Below, one piece after another: positions 39,794 through 52,183 of a DNA stretch of 64,000 bases. A program made the translations under genes and the position numbers. How positions within the stretch are numbered: position 1 is the stretch's first letter; the number at the start of each line of letters is the position of its first letter. The notes below the pieces were generated by a model that saw nothing but the letters and a program-made list of their open reading frames with translations, was not told the DNA's origin and ran no database searches. Source of the stretch: Felis catus (Eukaryota); NCBI RefSeq assembly GCF_018350175.1, contig NC_058369.1, positions 25,918,001 through 25,982,000 of the forward strand, in the 5' to 3' direction.

Positions 39794-40541
39794 GTAAAGC
39801 GAAAAGACATTATGAGCCCAATTATGGTTGGACTTAAAGCCAAAAGCAAATCAGATATTCATGCTAGTTAGAAATAAAGGGAAGCAGAAGTCCCATTACC
39901 TGTCACAAAGTTGATAATTGGAGCATCTCTGCCTGGTGATTTCTAGCTGTGTATCATGGTCCATATATAGAGAATTCATTAGTAGACTTTGGTCTCAAAA
40001 ATACAAATATACAAAATTACATTAAAATTTTTTCTCTACCAGTTAGTTGACTTATATGAGAAGCCCTTTGTACCAGATTCCTCAATTCATTGTTTATCTT
40101 TCAAAGACAATATCATATTTAATTTGGAATACTTTTGGAAAACAAAGTGGGGCCTTACCGTAATGCTGTCTAAACCCCTCAGTGAAACTGGCCTGAAAGT
40201 TACTTAAAATTCACCTCATAGCCAGCCAGCCAAACACAGATCCTGTGACCTTTTACTTTCTTCTCCCTCACCTCCACCCCTTTTTCCCCTTCTTCCCTTC
40301 TTCACAAATATGCATGCTCACTTTTCATATCATTTGGCCTAAAACCTTGACTTGATTTTGGAGTAGAGACCTCACCCAGCCTCTTTCTGAGCAAAACCTT
40401 GAAGTTGACAATGAGGCAATGAGAGCTACATTCAGCCTTGCTACCTTATCCTCCCTGCATTGAGTCCTGGCCAGCCCAGGGGACCGAGAAGGCTGGTGCA
40501 TCTTGACCTACTGGTCAGGGCCCACCCCAGTTATAGACTGA

Positions 40542-40542
<1 letters not shown>

Positions 40543-40583
<41 letters not shown>

Positions 40584-40792
40584 TTAATGTTTATTTATTT
40601 TTGAGAGAGACAGAGAGTGCATGCACGAGGTAGGGAGGGGCAGAGAGAGAGAGGGAGACACAGAATCTGAAACAGGATCCAGGCTCAGAGCTGTCAGCAC
40701 AGAGCCCGATGCGGGGCTTGAACTCACGAGCCTTGAGATCATGACCTGAGCCAAAGTCAGACAGTTAACTGAGTGAGCCACCCAGGCGCCCC
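40543..40792 (-). mobile_element. Can-SINE whose tail is a (CT)n run on the + strand
   Basis: TSD agttatagactg/agctgtagactg. Confidence 0.9.
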
Positions 40793-43700
40793 AGCTGTAG
40801 ACTGTCTTAAATGAAAGATTCATTATATATAGAAGGAAGTTGAAGACAACTCTTTGTCTTTAATAACAAATTTTCCCAAAATTGTTTTTAGAAGATCTGT
40901 TTAATCCAGTTTTTCTTTGCACTTCCCTTTCCTTGTAGTATCCTGAACGTGGACATGATTATTGTTCTTCTGTCTTCATGTTTGTTCTTAAAGAAAAAAA
41001 AACTGTAACATTTTTTATTTACATGTGGCCATATTGATTTTGTAACATGTCGTTTTTATCTTCTTGCTAAGGATATGCATTTTGGGAGAAATCTCATTTA
41101 GTTGGAACACAAATTTTGTGCCAAAGTAAATATCCTAGTATTTAATACTGTAAGCACTTTGTGCCCTTCCAGTCCATATGCCATAGTCCTTTCAAAATCT
41201 GGGAAGAATGCTGTGGTTGCAAGATGACTCTGTTGTATGTTACTATGAATGCACTGGCCGTTGTGTCGCATTATTTGTTTGCCTGTTTTCGGTCACTGAG
41301 CAATCAGTGAGAAATGCTTTAACTGCTTCCTCAAATGGCAGTGGCATGTTGTCACAGCATCTAAATTGTTGACAGCTCTGGATTGCATTAAATGCAGCGC
41401 ATTTAAAAATATGTCTGAACTTGTCAATATGTTTCTTTTCTATTTTCTTGTTCAGTGTTTTCCATTGTGAAATGATGTGTAGTCATCACACTCCTTTGTA
41501 ATGTAAAATTGCTTCTCTTTCTGTTTGTCCTGTCGTCAACTATTGGACACTAGTCTGTAACTAAAATGGTCTTTAATGAGATTCTTTTATGTGTGTAATC
41601 CACTGCAAATGAATTACTACTTTTTACTAATGCACATATATTTTCTTTCAACATTTCCCCTTTGTTCTCCTTTCTCTCATAGAATCATGCTTAATGTGCA
41701 CAGTATCATGTATCTTCAGCACTGTAACAGGCTAAACTATTACAAGCTAAGCAAGCCAGATATGATTATTTTTATGAAGAAGAACCAAAGGTGTTGTTGG
41801 TAATATTGTGTGGTATTTCCCTCTTACTCAGAACTGAGCTCGTTTCTTACCTTGGAGCTAGAAAGCAAGATGGAGCAAAAATGATATCCAAGCCAGGTGT
41901 GAAACTAAGGCTGCAGAAGGTGACCTTTGTTCCAACAATTAAGTTTTATATACATGGCAACTTTTATTTGAACATTTAACCAAAAAGAAAGTACATAAGA
42001 AAGGAAATTTGAATCTTCAGTATTAAGAGGAAATAATGGCATATTGTCTTTATATTTGATTAAAAGCATCTTTATACTTGAATTTAGTAGGGATATCTAT
42101 AACTTAAGAATTCATAAAATGTTGAGTATACAAGTCAGTCATGCAAAGACTGCCTCAGGAAAGTTGTTTGGCTTCACCACCTGGCTGTGGAGCAAGGGCC
42201 TGAGCCCTTGCACAGGCTGAAGGTAAACAGCAGGCACTCCCTGACTGGCTGCCTTCCTGTCACTCTGCTTCACACCCCCTGGAATGGAGAAATGATTAAG
42301 TGCTTTGGTGTAAAGGGCAAGCTGGATGTAAGAATAGTGGAAAAGGAACGTAAGGGAAAATTTAGGTCAGCAAAATCACTGTTAAGAATCAGATCATTGA
42401 GAACTGATTATGTTCTAAAAGACTAGTCTAGGTATGCTAAATTTGCTTTGGCAGCCTGCCAGCAGCCTTCCGCCTTCTGGAAGGAAGTCCACAGACCCCA
42501 CAAAAAAAGGTGTCATAAAGTCCATGAATCTTACTCCTTGGCTCATTGTCTGGCATAATACCTGGCCTTTTCTGGGAATGTTGTTAGGTAACAGGGAGTT
42601 CTCTTCACATTTTACCTCCCTCTCTACACCCATATCTTTATTCCCATTTACTGGTGATCTCTCTGCTGACCCTAATCCCCCTGCTCTCACCTCTTCTGAC
42701 TAATGTTTTTATACGTTTGCATCCTGCTTCATATTTATCTTTGGAGTGCATAATGACGAGCTCCTAATTAATCACTCCAAAGTATTTGCATTATTCAGAA
42801 GCACCACGTAAAGGTGTCTTTTATTGAGAAATTTCTGGGATATAGGAGGAAAAAGGAGAAACCTTTCTGGTATGCTGGACCCATGGTATATTTATATTCT
42901 ACTCAGCCATGTCTGTCTGTCTTCCTTCTAAAAACCTTCAGAGATGGGAGAGTGGGGCAATGGAGGCTGAGACAAAGGCATAACCAGCAGCAGAACGGTT
43001 TTTGTTCTGTGACTGGGAGCCCAGCTTTCATGTAAGATGCAGTATCTAGAAGTAGAACCAATCTAGAATTCTTGCCTCCTGGGCCATTTAAAGTAGGGGC
43101 AAACTATGCTGTGTCTTGCATTGACCTCACCAGTGTTCATAGGATACACAAGTCTGTCTGAACATTAAATTATATTCAGTGAACTGATTTGCAGAGCAAG
43201 AAGTGGCATGTTTCACTATAGAAAAGTATTTATCAGGAACAGCTTCTTAAAAATTATTTATTGATGCTTATAAGTTTTAGGTAGAAAGATAGAAATGCCT
43301 CAGTCATAGTGGTCAGTACTTCAGATCTGTTTCTTTACTTCATTTGCCTAGAAATTCATTATCCAGAACACTTTAATACCCAGTGATGCTTGGGTAAAAG
43401 AAAGTCTGATGGGAGTTAATACTTTTTACTTCAAGACTAAAATAGCTTGGCTGACATTGGTTACCAGGATATAAACTCAGACTTCCTAATCTCACCATTT
43501 AATTAGCCTTCGGATTTTTTCTTCACTTGCCTTTCTTTTGGCTCAGTTTGAAAATTACTTTACTTTTCTCCTCTAATTCACTTAATGGAAAGAGTGACCC
43601 TTTATATTAGAAACAGATGACACAATGGTGATTTCTCTCTCTCTCTCTCTCTCTTTTTTTTTTTTAACTCCAGGGCCAGAAAGTTCTTACATAGAATAAA

Positions 43701-43877
43701 GTTAACATGAAAGACTTCCTATTATTAGTGCAAATGATTCTTATCCTCCTTAAAACAAAAAGGCTTGACTTTGGTGTTGCAGGTGGCTAAACAGGGTCTG
43801 GTATTAAGCCTGAAGAGAACCATAACTTCCTACCCATTTTAAGTTGAGTCTGCACACTCTTTTTTCTTTGCCTTTAG

Positions 43878-44012
43878 TATGAAAAGACACAGACTGTACT
43901 CTCAGAACTGAAGTTGAAGTTTGAAATGACTGAGCAGGAAAAACAATCAATCACAGATGAGCTCAAACAATGTAAAGACAACCTGAAGCTGCTCCGAGAG
44001 AAAGGAAATAAT
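43878..44012 (+). CDS. SLMAP: SLMAP coding exon, 135 nt, phase 0-0: YEKTQTVLSELKLKFEMTEQEKQSITDELKQCKDNLKLLREKGNN
   Basis: Acceptor tttttctttgcctttag|, donor aat|gtaagt. Confidence 0.96.
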
Positions 44013-44559
44013 GTAAGTCTTTGCAAACTTGGCTTAGCTTTGACTGAGAGGCAGGTGAAAGCCCTGAGATAGAGTTTTCAGAAGACTTTATTACTGATTT
44101 GAGAAACTGAGGCCTGTAGTATGTAAACTAAGCTTTTCGTTATGAAATTCCATGATGGAATCATTGTACTCTCAAATTGTTGAGTAAAAATCTGCCCCTT
44201 TAACCTGTATCCCTACGAGAGCCTGAGGACTGCCTGGAGGAAGAGCCTTATGTGCAAGAAAATAATCTACCTAAGAACTGTCAGATTTTCCCCATATGAA
44301 TCTGAAGTTCTGTTACCAAGCCATCATCTGGCACTTCATTTCCCCTGCTGGGAAATGAAGCACTGTACCACCAGGGACCCACCTAAGAAAGAGTAGTACA
44401 TGTCGACTCCTCAGCACTTGGCTGTACCAAAAAATGGAGACCTAATTACGGTTTTCATTTTACACTAATAATGTTCTCACTAAGGCATATTCCCAAAAAG
44501 CTTGGCGTCTTTTTGACCTCCTATAAATATTAGGGAATATTTGGTGAGTTTCTGTAAAG

Positions 44560-44678
<119 letters not shown>

Positions 44679-46063
44679 TGGAACGTTTTCACATAAATTG
44701 AGTTTAATATTAATTTGTTTTTCATTTACTAGAAAGGCAGATAGTCTTTAAAAAGATGTTATACTAAATATATGTTGTGTTATTATATGTTTCGGTGATC
44801 ATTGCCTTTGTGGGACCTAACTGATGGCTGTTCAGTGTAGTTGGTTGTGCTCTGACTTATTTCAAATCCCTGTCATGGCTTGGACACTGCAGTGGTGTAA
44901 GCCACACCCTTCCTACAGAGGAAAACACTCTGCTTAATTTTGCCGCACAAGTACAAAAGAGTGATGTTGCATGGCCATTCAATTATGCAGTTGCACACAA
45001 AATGTTCATGAGTTGTGTCCAACTGTCCTTTGCTACTAGTTTTTTAGAATATAAAGTCTTGTTGCTTAGGCGGAAGCCTTTGAGAAGTTGATAAATTGGG
45101 AATGGAGGCTTTATGCTAAGCAAAATTGATTGCATTTATTTTGAAAATGTAGATTACAGACCTCTTCTGAAATCAGATCATAATGGTTTGGTTATTTCTC
45201 TCTTTTGTGTTAAATCATATCTTTCTGAATTTGGAATTTCAGTCCACCTTCTACTAAATTAACCTACGAAGACATCTAGCATAATCAGAATGGATACCCT
45301 TGTACTGTTTAGAACCTTTTCAAAAGTAACCTGGCTTTTATTATTTATAGTTGTATCAATAATTTGCCTAAAAGGTGAATTTCCTTTTTTTTATCATATT
45401 AGACTTATGATAATAAATTTTTCTCTGCAGTAAAACTCATTGCAGTAACTCCATCCAATTTTAAAAATTAATTCTATTCTGGTAACATAACTGAAAGCCT
45501 TGAGACTCAACTGCCTGTCTTTATATATCAAATGTTTATCACACATTGTGTCAGATCTCTTGCTCAGTTTAAGAAGGATACATCACAGGGCATTTATTTT
45601 TAAGCTTGAAAGCAATACCATCTCAGGCAAGCGAGTTTTGGTTTTAAAAAAAGGTTTTGATGGAGGGATAAAATAAACTTTAGCCACTTCCAAGGGACTA
45701 CATTGTCAAATAATGGATTCCAAATACGGAACAAAAAGAATGTACTGTCAAGCAGAGCGTTGGTCGCTGAAGTGTCGCCGTGGCTCTGTCTTAACATGCT
45801 GCATTTCATTAGCGTGTTAGGGGCACCCACAGTGCCCATTGCTCCCAGATGTCCCTTTAAACTGGTGGTTACATACCGCAGTCTGTCATTCTGGATTGTA
45901 TTAGATGTCTTTAAAATGTTTGAAATCAGTTCAAAACCTGAGTGCTATTACTTCTTTTACCTCAGTCTTCCTACCCTCCTTCCCACCTCCCGGGGTCTAA
46001 ATCATCTTATCTGATTTTTTTTTTATAGCATAAAATGATTTTAATATCCCTTCCCTTCTTTAG

Positions 46064-46147
46064 CCTTCCATATTACAACCCGTCCCAGCCGTATTCATCG
46101 GCCTATTCCTGGCTTTCCTGTTTTGGTGTTTCGGTCCATTGTGGTAG
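46064..46147 (+). CDS. SLMAP: SLMAP alternative tail-anchor exon TM1: PSILQPVPAVFIGLFLAFLFWCFGPLW* (exon runs to donor after 46153)
   Basis: Acceptor cccttcccttctttag|, hydrophobic helix, TAG at 46145-46147, donor aag|gtacaa after 46153. Confidence 0.93.
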   Translation, partial: PSILQPVPAVFIGLFLAFLFWCFGPLW

Positions 46148-47564
46148 AGAAAGGTACAAGCACTACTGTTGAGTCCTTGTCTGTTTGTCCCCGTCACCTG
46201 TTTGTGCCATATTTGTAATATAGTGCATGGCAGAATCACACAGGTATTTTGTTACCTGAAGCAAACCCTTCATTTAGTATGCCATGTATTGTGTCATACA
46301 AATGAACTGAACAATCAACTAATCACATAACATTTTGTCTTGTTTCCTTTGTAGTGATGCTAACCATGAATTAATTCCAACCTAACCAGTTGTTAATGTG
46401 CTGCCTTTAACTGAGTCTTTGTCTCTAGCAAACCGGAATACACTATGAATTGTTGCAATATTAGCACCCCCCTTCCCAATTACGTTTAATCAGATTTGAA
46501 TGAGAAATGAAGCGTTTGCCTCTTTGAAGTTTTCAGCCAGCTTTCTTCCCCCTCCTCCTTTCCCTCTTCTTTTCTGTAGTGTAGAATTTCTTCATTTCAA
46601 CCCTTTGCCTGTATTTATACTGTGGCTATGAAGATGAAAAAGGATGAGATTAGCATAATGGACCAGTGGCTCATGATCTCAACCCCAGTGTGCATTTACT
46701 TATGCGAGTATAAACCTAGCCCATATCTTTCTGAGACGTGATCTGCAACATCAGAATATTTCTTTAAAAGCCAACTTTCTCAGTGAGACTCTTAGAACAT
46801 GAGTGGAAAATAGAGCTATCAACCAGAGCACAGTGATCTTATAAGGCCCTCCAAAAGCTAACAGGGAACAGCCCGCCCATGCTTGCCTGCAACAGGCATG
46901 CATGTTAGTAGATCATATGAGATAATCATGTGACATTACTGCACTGGACATGGTTTTTACCAAAAGTATCAAAGAGACAGCGTCCTAATAGCTCTTCCCC
47001 ATCTTGAACCCCATCTGATCTTGTCTTCTGTGGTTTCAAATTAGAGGATCAAAGCTTAGACCATTTTCTTTCTATCACCTTACCCACCAGCTCCTTCTGT
47101 AAAACTATCCCCACATAGAAATCTGTTTTTTATCAAGAAATAAACATTAAAAAGCGAAGAAGAAGAAATAAACATTTTAAGCAGACATATATTCCAGGCA
47201 TCTGTGTACATCAGTTAGTTGCAATATTTGGACACTGGAGTAAATAAAGCAGGCTGAGCCCACAGGGTTTCTTAGGGGTCACTGTTAGGTTTCAACTGTA
47301 ACAAAATTGAAAACTGCTCAAAACTTTCCTGAGCTATCCGTGGCTTCCACACAATGGTCCTCTAAAAGCGTTCCTGCTATAATGGTTCTCCTCACACCTG
47401 CACTCCCTCACCTGTTTTCTTCTCTTTTAAAATTTATTCTTATGCAAAGATAAGGTTTTTCTAATATTCTGTTAAGTATTCAGGACTCTCTGGAACCAAG
47501 GGGTTAGTAGGTATGAAAAGAGAGGGAAGAATGTGATATTGACTCTCGGTTTCTTTCCACACAG

Positions 47565-47657
47565 AAACCCTGGCCCTGGATGCCCATGTTGGCTGCCCTG
47601 GTTGCGGTGACAGCCATCGTGCTGTACGTGCCAGGTCTGGCCAGAGCTTCTCCATGA
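47565..47657 (+). CDS. SLMAP: SLMAP terminal exon, tail anchor TM2: KPWPWMPMLAALVAVTAIVLYVPGLARASP*
   Basis: Acceptor tttctttccacacag|, hydrophobic helix, TGA at 47655-47657; recognised SLMAP C-terminus. Confidence 0.96.
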   Translation, partial: KPWPWMPMLAALVAVTAIVLYVPGLARASP

Positions 47658-49475
47658 GAGCGTTTCTTGAGTCCGTACACCGTCCTCCCTTTAGAAGCTG
47701 GCATCACACTCATGCTGGGGACAAACAGAACCATTTTCTTCCTTTTTACCTCTTAAGACAGCAGAAGTGCAAGAATACAGCTGTAGGGTCATTGCTTTAA
47801 CTTATATAAAATGTATCTATCTATAAAGAGGATATAAAATTGTGACTTTATTCTACTGTAAGCAATAATTTGCTTGCAATTTTTCATGTAATTTTTAAAT
47901 TAGTATGTTGAGATTCTGAATATTATGGTGGCCTAAAGTAGGCTTCTTGGTACACCAAATTATTTATAACATTAAATTTATGGGTATTTTACTCTGAATT
48001 CTAATGGCCAGATAATTCATTTTTCTGATTCGATAACTACCCAAACCAAACAACCAACACATACATGGGAAGAGAGGCCCTGTGTGCTCAGTGCCTATCA
48101 GTTTGAAATATATACACATATATATATATTTTTTACATATTTACGCCATTTTTACTTGTTATAAAACCACTGAGCTATTGGGAACAAGACTTAGAGACAA
48201 CTATTTGCGTGGATTTTCTTTCTTTCTTTCTTTTTCTTTCTTTTTTTTTTTTTTTTTAAGAAGAAATACACTTGGAAAATATTCTGTTCTAGTGATAATT
48301 TGGGGAATATGTGCACGCTTGTTCAGCCTTAATGTGACTTGACGATGTGGAGGACATCAACTTTGAAAAACTTTCCATGAGAGTGTGTATTTTCTTGAGC
48401 AAACTGAAGTATTTCTGGGAGCAAAAACAGTAATTCTACAATTTCAGTGCAGTAAACCAAACTGTTGAGTCAATTGGAATGCAATTTATTAAACCTCATG
48501 TATTTAAAGAGATATTTTCTTTAAAAGCCAAGTTACTTTCTCATATACAGCATTTTAGGAAGCATGATTTTTTTTTCTATCATCTCTTCCTCCAAGCATG
48601 TTTAATTGAAGAAAGAATTAATATCTCTTTAGATAAGCTTTTACTGACTTAATTTGGTTATGATATTTCAAAGCTAATTCATGTTCACGGTGAGCTGTTG
48701 TTACCTACCAACAGATTTCCTGGTCCGGTATGCAAATGGTTATTTTCTTTTTACTGTTGTTAATTGGGACATTCTGTTTACGAGAAGCATTATTCCCAAG
48801 ATTAGTAGTGTTCCATGCACAGTGAAGCACCTAAAAGCACTGCTTGATGTTATAAATTTAAAACACAGAAGTGAAAGTTTAGCTATGGTTTTGTGCGGCA
48901 CCACAGTTATGTCAATAAAATTTATTTAGGTCATAGAATATCCTAAAGTATCACCTAGTTAAATTTTTCAGTCAGCGCAACTGGGAGGGAATGTCAGTGA
49001 ATTGGCTCGAATGTTCTGTGGCCATCCACAGGACTAGCCAAGTGTTGAAATAGAAGTTTAGGATATAATTTGCCTTGTGATGTTTGGCAGTCGTTGTTTA
49101 TACTTTAAAGGTTATATTTTAAGCTATTTGGGATTTGCTGTTGGGAGTATCACTAGATTTATGGAGGAATTAGTCACCAGTGACTTGTAGAAAATGCTGT
49201 CATATAGTTCATTTCATCATTTTCTGTTGCAGGAAGCCACTCCACCACAGAATGCTAATATGCCAGTGGTACCCAGTACCTCTTGTATATAGGTTATTGC
49301 AAATATTGTTCTGAAATGCTTAACTTCAGAATTACATTTTTTAAAGTAAATAATTGTTTTAAATCTATTTTGTAAAGATATAAAGTACAATAGAATTTCT
49401 GGAGTACAGATTAAACTATTTGCACTAACACACGTGATGTGCATGATTTAATAAAATAACTTTACTCTCCCTATG
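47658..49475 (+). other. SLMAP: SLMAP 3'UTR (end approximate)
   Basis: AU-rich sequence with no obvious SINE, running from the stop codon to AATAAA at 49450, followed by a T/GT-rich tract. Confidence 0.75.
49450..49455 (+). terminator. Likely main polyadenylation signal; alternative AATAAA at 48914-48919 and 49864-49869
   Basis: AATAAA hexamer with downstream T-rich sequence. Confidence 0.65.
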
Positions 49476-51979
49476 CATTTTTGAGTTGGATATCATTGAA
49501 ATTCTTAGTGTTGACTCTACTGTTAGATTGTTAATAGTCGTTTCTTGAAATGACTCTTTATGCACCGTAATATATATTTGGTGTTCTTCAGGGGTTAAAA
49601 GAAAACACTGAGCTGTTGCCTTCAAGTTTTATTAGCCTTTTATTTAACTTGCTGCTCTAATTTTTCCCCTTTTACTATGGTTATTGTTAAAACGTGACTC
49701 ACTTGCCAGACAAGTCTCTTTAAATGTAAAGTCTAGTATCAATATTTACTTTATTCAAATTGAATTAATGGGTTTTTGTAGTTACTGCCAGTTTTTCTTA
49801 AGAATATGAATGAGCCTATTCATAAGCAGTACCTCCAGTTTCGTTCAGTTCACTTCCAGGTTAAATAAAGAATAGGATTGTTCACTGGTAGTGATAGTCA
49901 TTAAGAAATGTTAATCGTAGTAGTTAAGATTGAACAACCCTGTAATGATACATTGAAGAATTACTCAGAGGTGCTACATGGCTAGCTCAGGAAAGGAAAG
50001 GAATGTGGCTGGTGAAGCTAAACAGATCCTTATTGGCATCCTGGCTCTGCCTTTTATCAGCTCTGCTGCCTTGGGCAAATCACTTATCTTCTCCAAGCCT
50101 CCATTTCCTTGTGTATAAAATGGAGAGAATAATATCTATGTGTTTAGTGGTAGTATGAAAAGTAAAAAGATGATACACGTAAAGTGTCATCCAAGTGGTA
50201 AATGAGAGTTTATGAGAATGTCACACTGGAAAAGCTGCCAATATGTAAGTTTTAAGTGAACCAGTCAACTATTTAAATGAATTGACCCAACTATTGAGAC
50301 TTTCTGTGCATGTGAACGGGATGTAACTGCAGCGTTAGGAATCCTGAGAAAGTGGCATCACCTAGCTCTGTGTGTCCCCTTCATGGTTTTGTCTCTGGGA
50401 AGTAATATGCTTAGTTTGATAATGAGCCAAAGCTTACAACAGTTTGGAATTCCTGTTGCAACTGCCTTCAGAGCCACGTTGAGTCACATGTGAAAACCTG
50501 TCACACTGCTGAATAGTCAGAGGCTTGCAACTAAAAATAGTATCGCCTCCCTTGATCTCTGACTGTAATCACCAGATTCTACCCCAGCTGACTCTTGGCT
50601 CCTTCCAGTGGCTATATCTACTGTCAAAAGATGGAGATCTGCTACATACAAACTACCTACAAATCAACTTTGTTACAAATGTACAGCCTTGTTTCAAAAA
50701 ATTCACTTCTGGAAGTTCTGAGAACATAATACGTGTGCACTAAATGGTAATTACCAGGACATTTAATGTAGCTTTTTTTTTGGGGGGGGGGTAATAGTGA
50801 TGGGTAAATAACCTAAATATCCAGGAGTGGGTCATTGGTTAAATAAATTGATATTGCCACCCAGTAGATTACTGTGCTTGCAAAGTATATGAGAAGATAC
50901 TCATACTATATTAAGGTAAAAGCGAGAAGTTGCCAGTGTGGAATAAAGCTGGTTTTATAAAGAAACAATGTAGACAGATAGGATATGTTTATAGAGGACT
51001 CAGATTTACACTCAAGCTAAGTAGTGGTTTTGTCAGTATGATTGTGGGTAGGTTATCTTCTTTTATGATTTCTGATTTGTTTTTAGTAGCAAATATATAT
51101 TACTTTTGTGAATTTTTAAAAAGCTATATTTGGTTTTGCTTTAAATTAGAAACAAAAAGAATTCTCCAGAATTCCAAATTGGTTTTCATAATTGAATAAC
51201 TAACTTGTCAAAGTACCTACATTTAAAGGAACTAATGTTCATTTGCACTTATGAATTCTGGTGTATTCATTTCAAAATTAGTTGAAAATTCATTTCAGAA
51301 ACATGCTTTGTGCATGCGTGTATGTAGAATGCTGGAAGAGGCCTTAGCTAGCCATCCATTTTCACCTTTTTGCCTATCTGGAGGAAAAAAATCCAGAGAA
51401 TTTTTGACTCCAAGTCAGAATAATTGTTACAGAGTTGTGAATCAAGAGGATTACTTCTTTTTTTGCTACTCCATTTTGTATCTCCAGACTTTGATGGTTT
51501 TATATCCGTTCATTTAGCAAATATTTATTGAGTGACTAGAATGAGGCACTCTGCTAGGTCCTGACATTACTCAGCCCCTCTCATCACAAAGCTTTTGGGG
51601 TAGAGGGGAAATAAAGGCAAGGAAGTCAGCGTTTACAATACCATGCACTAGAGGAAGATGTAGGAGCCGGTGGGACCGTTGAGGAGGTCCTCACACATTT
51701 CCTATCACTTTCAGCCACCCAGCCATCCAAGCCAGAGACATCTGGCTATGGAGCCAAAGGTGAGTTTCCCTTCTAGGAAGTCAGGGTAACAGGACTGGTT
51801 TTTCTTGAAGTACCTGGCTTTGCAAAACCATTAAGATCTGAGACTGATTTTCCTAGAAAAGACATTGTGATTGGAAAGCATTTTTACTTTCCTGGAATTT
51901 TGCCCTGTTAAATGGTCTGAACTCTACCTTCCAAGTAACAGGTTAGGGTTAAGTGTTGTGGTTTTTTTAATATAAAGGT

Positions 51980-52183
51980 TTTTTTAACGTTTATTTATTT
52001 TCAGACAATGAGGAGGCACATGAACAGGGTAGGGGCAGAGAGAGAGAGAGGGAGAGAATTCCAAGCAGGCTCTCTGCTGTCAGTGCAGAGCCTGACACAG
52101 GCTCCAACCCATAAACCGTGAGATCATGACCTGAGCCCAAATCAAGAGTCGGATGCTTAACTTACTGAGCCAAGCAGGCTCCC
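51980..52183 (-). mobile_element. Can-SINE
   Basis: Antisense body. Confidence 0.88.

Noticed and set aside
47461..47734. Antisense ORFs over the last exon
   Set aside because: Shadow frames of the GC-rich TM2 coding sequence.
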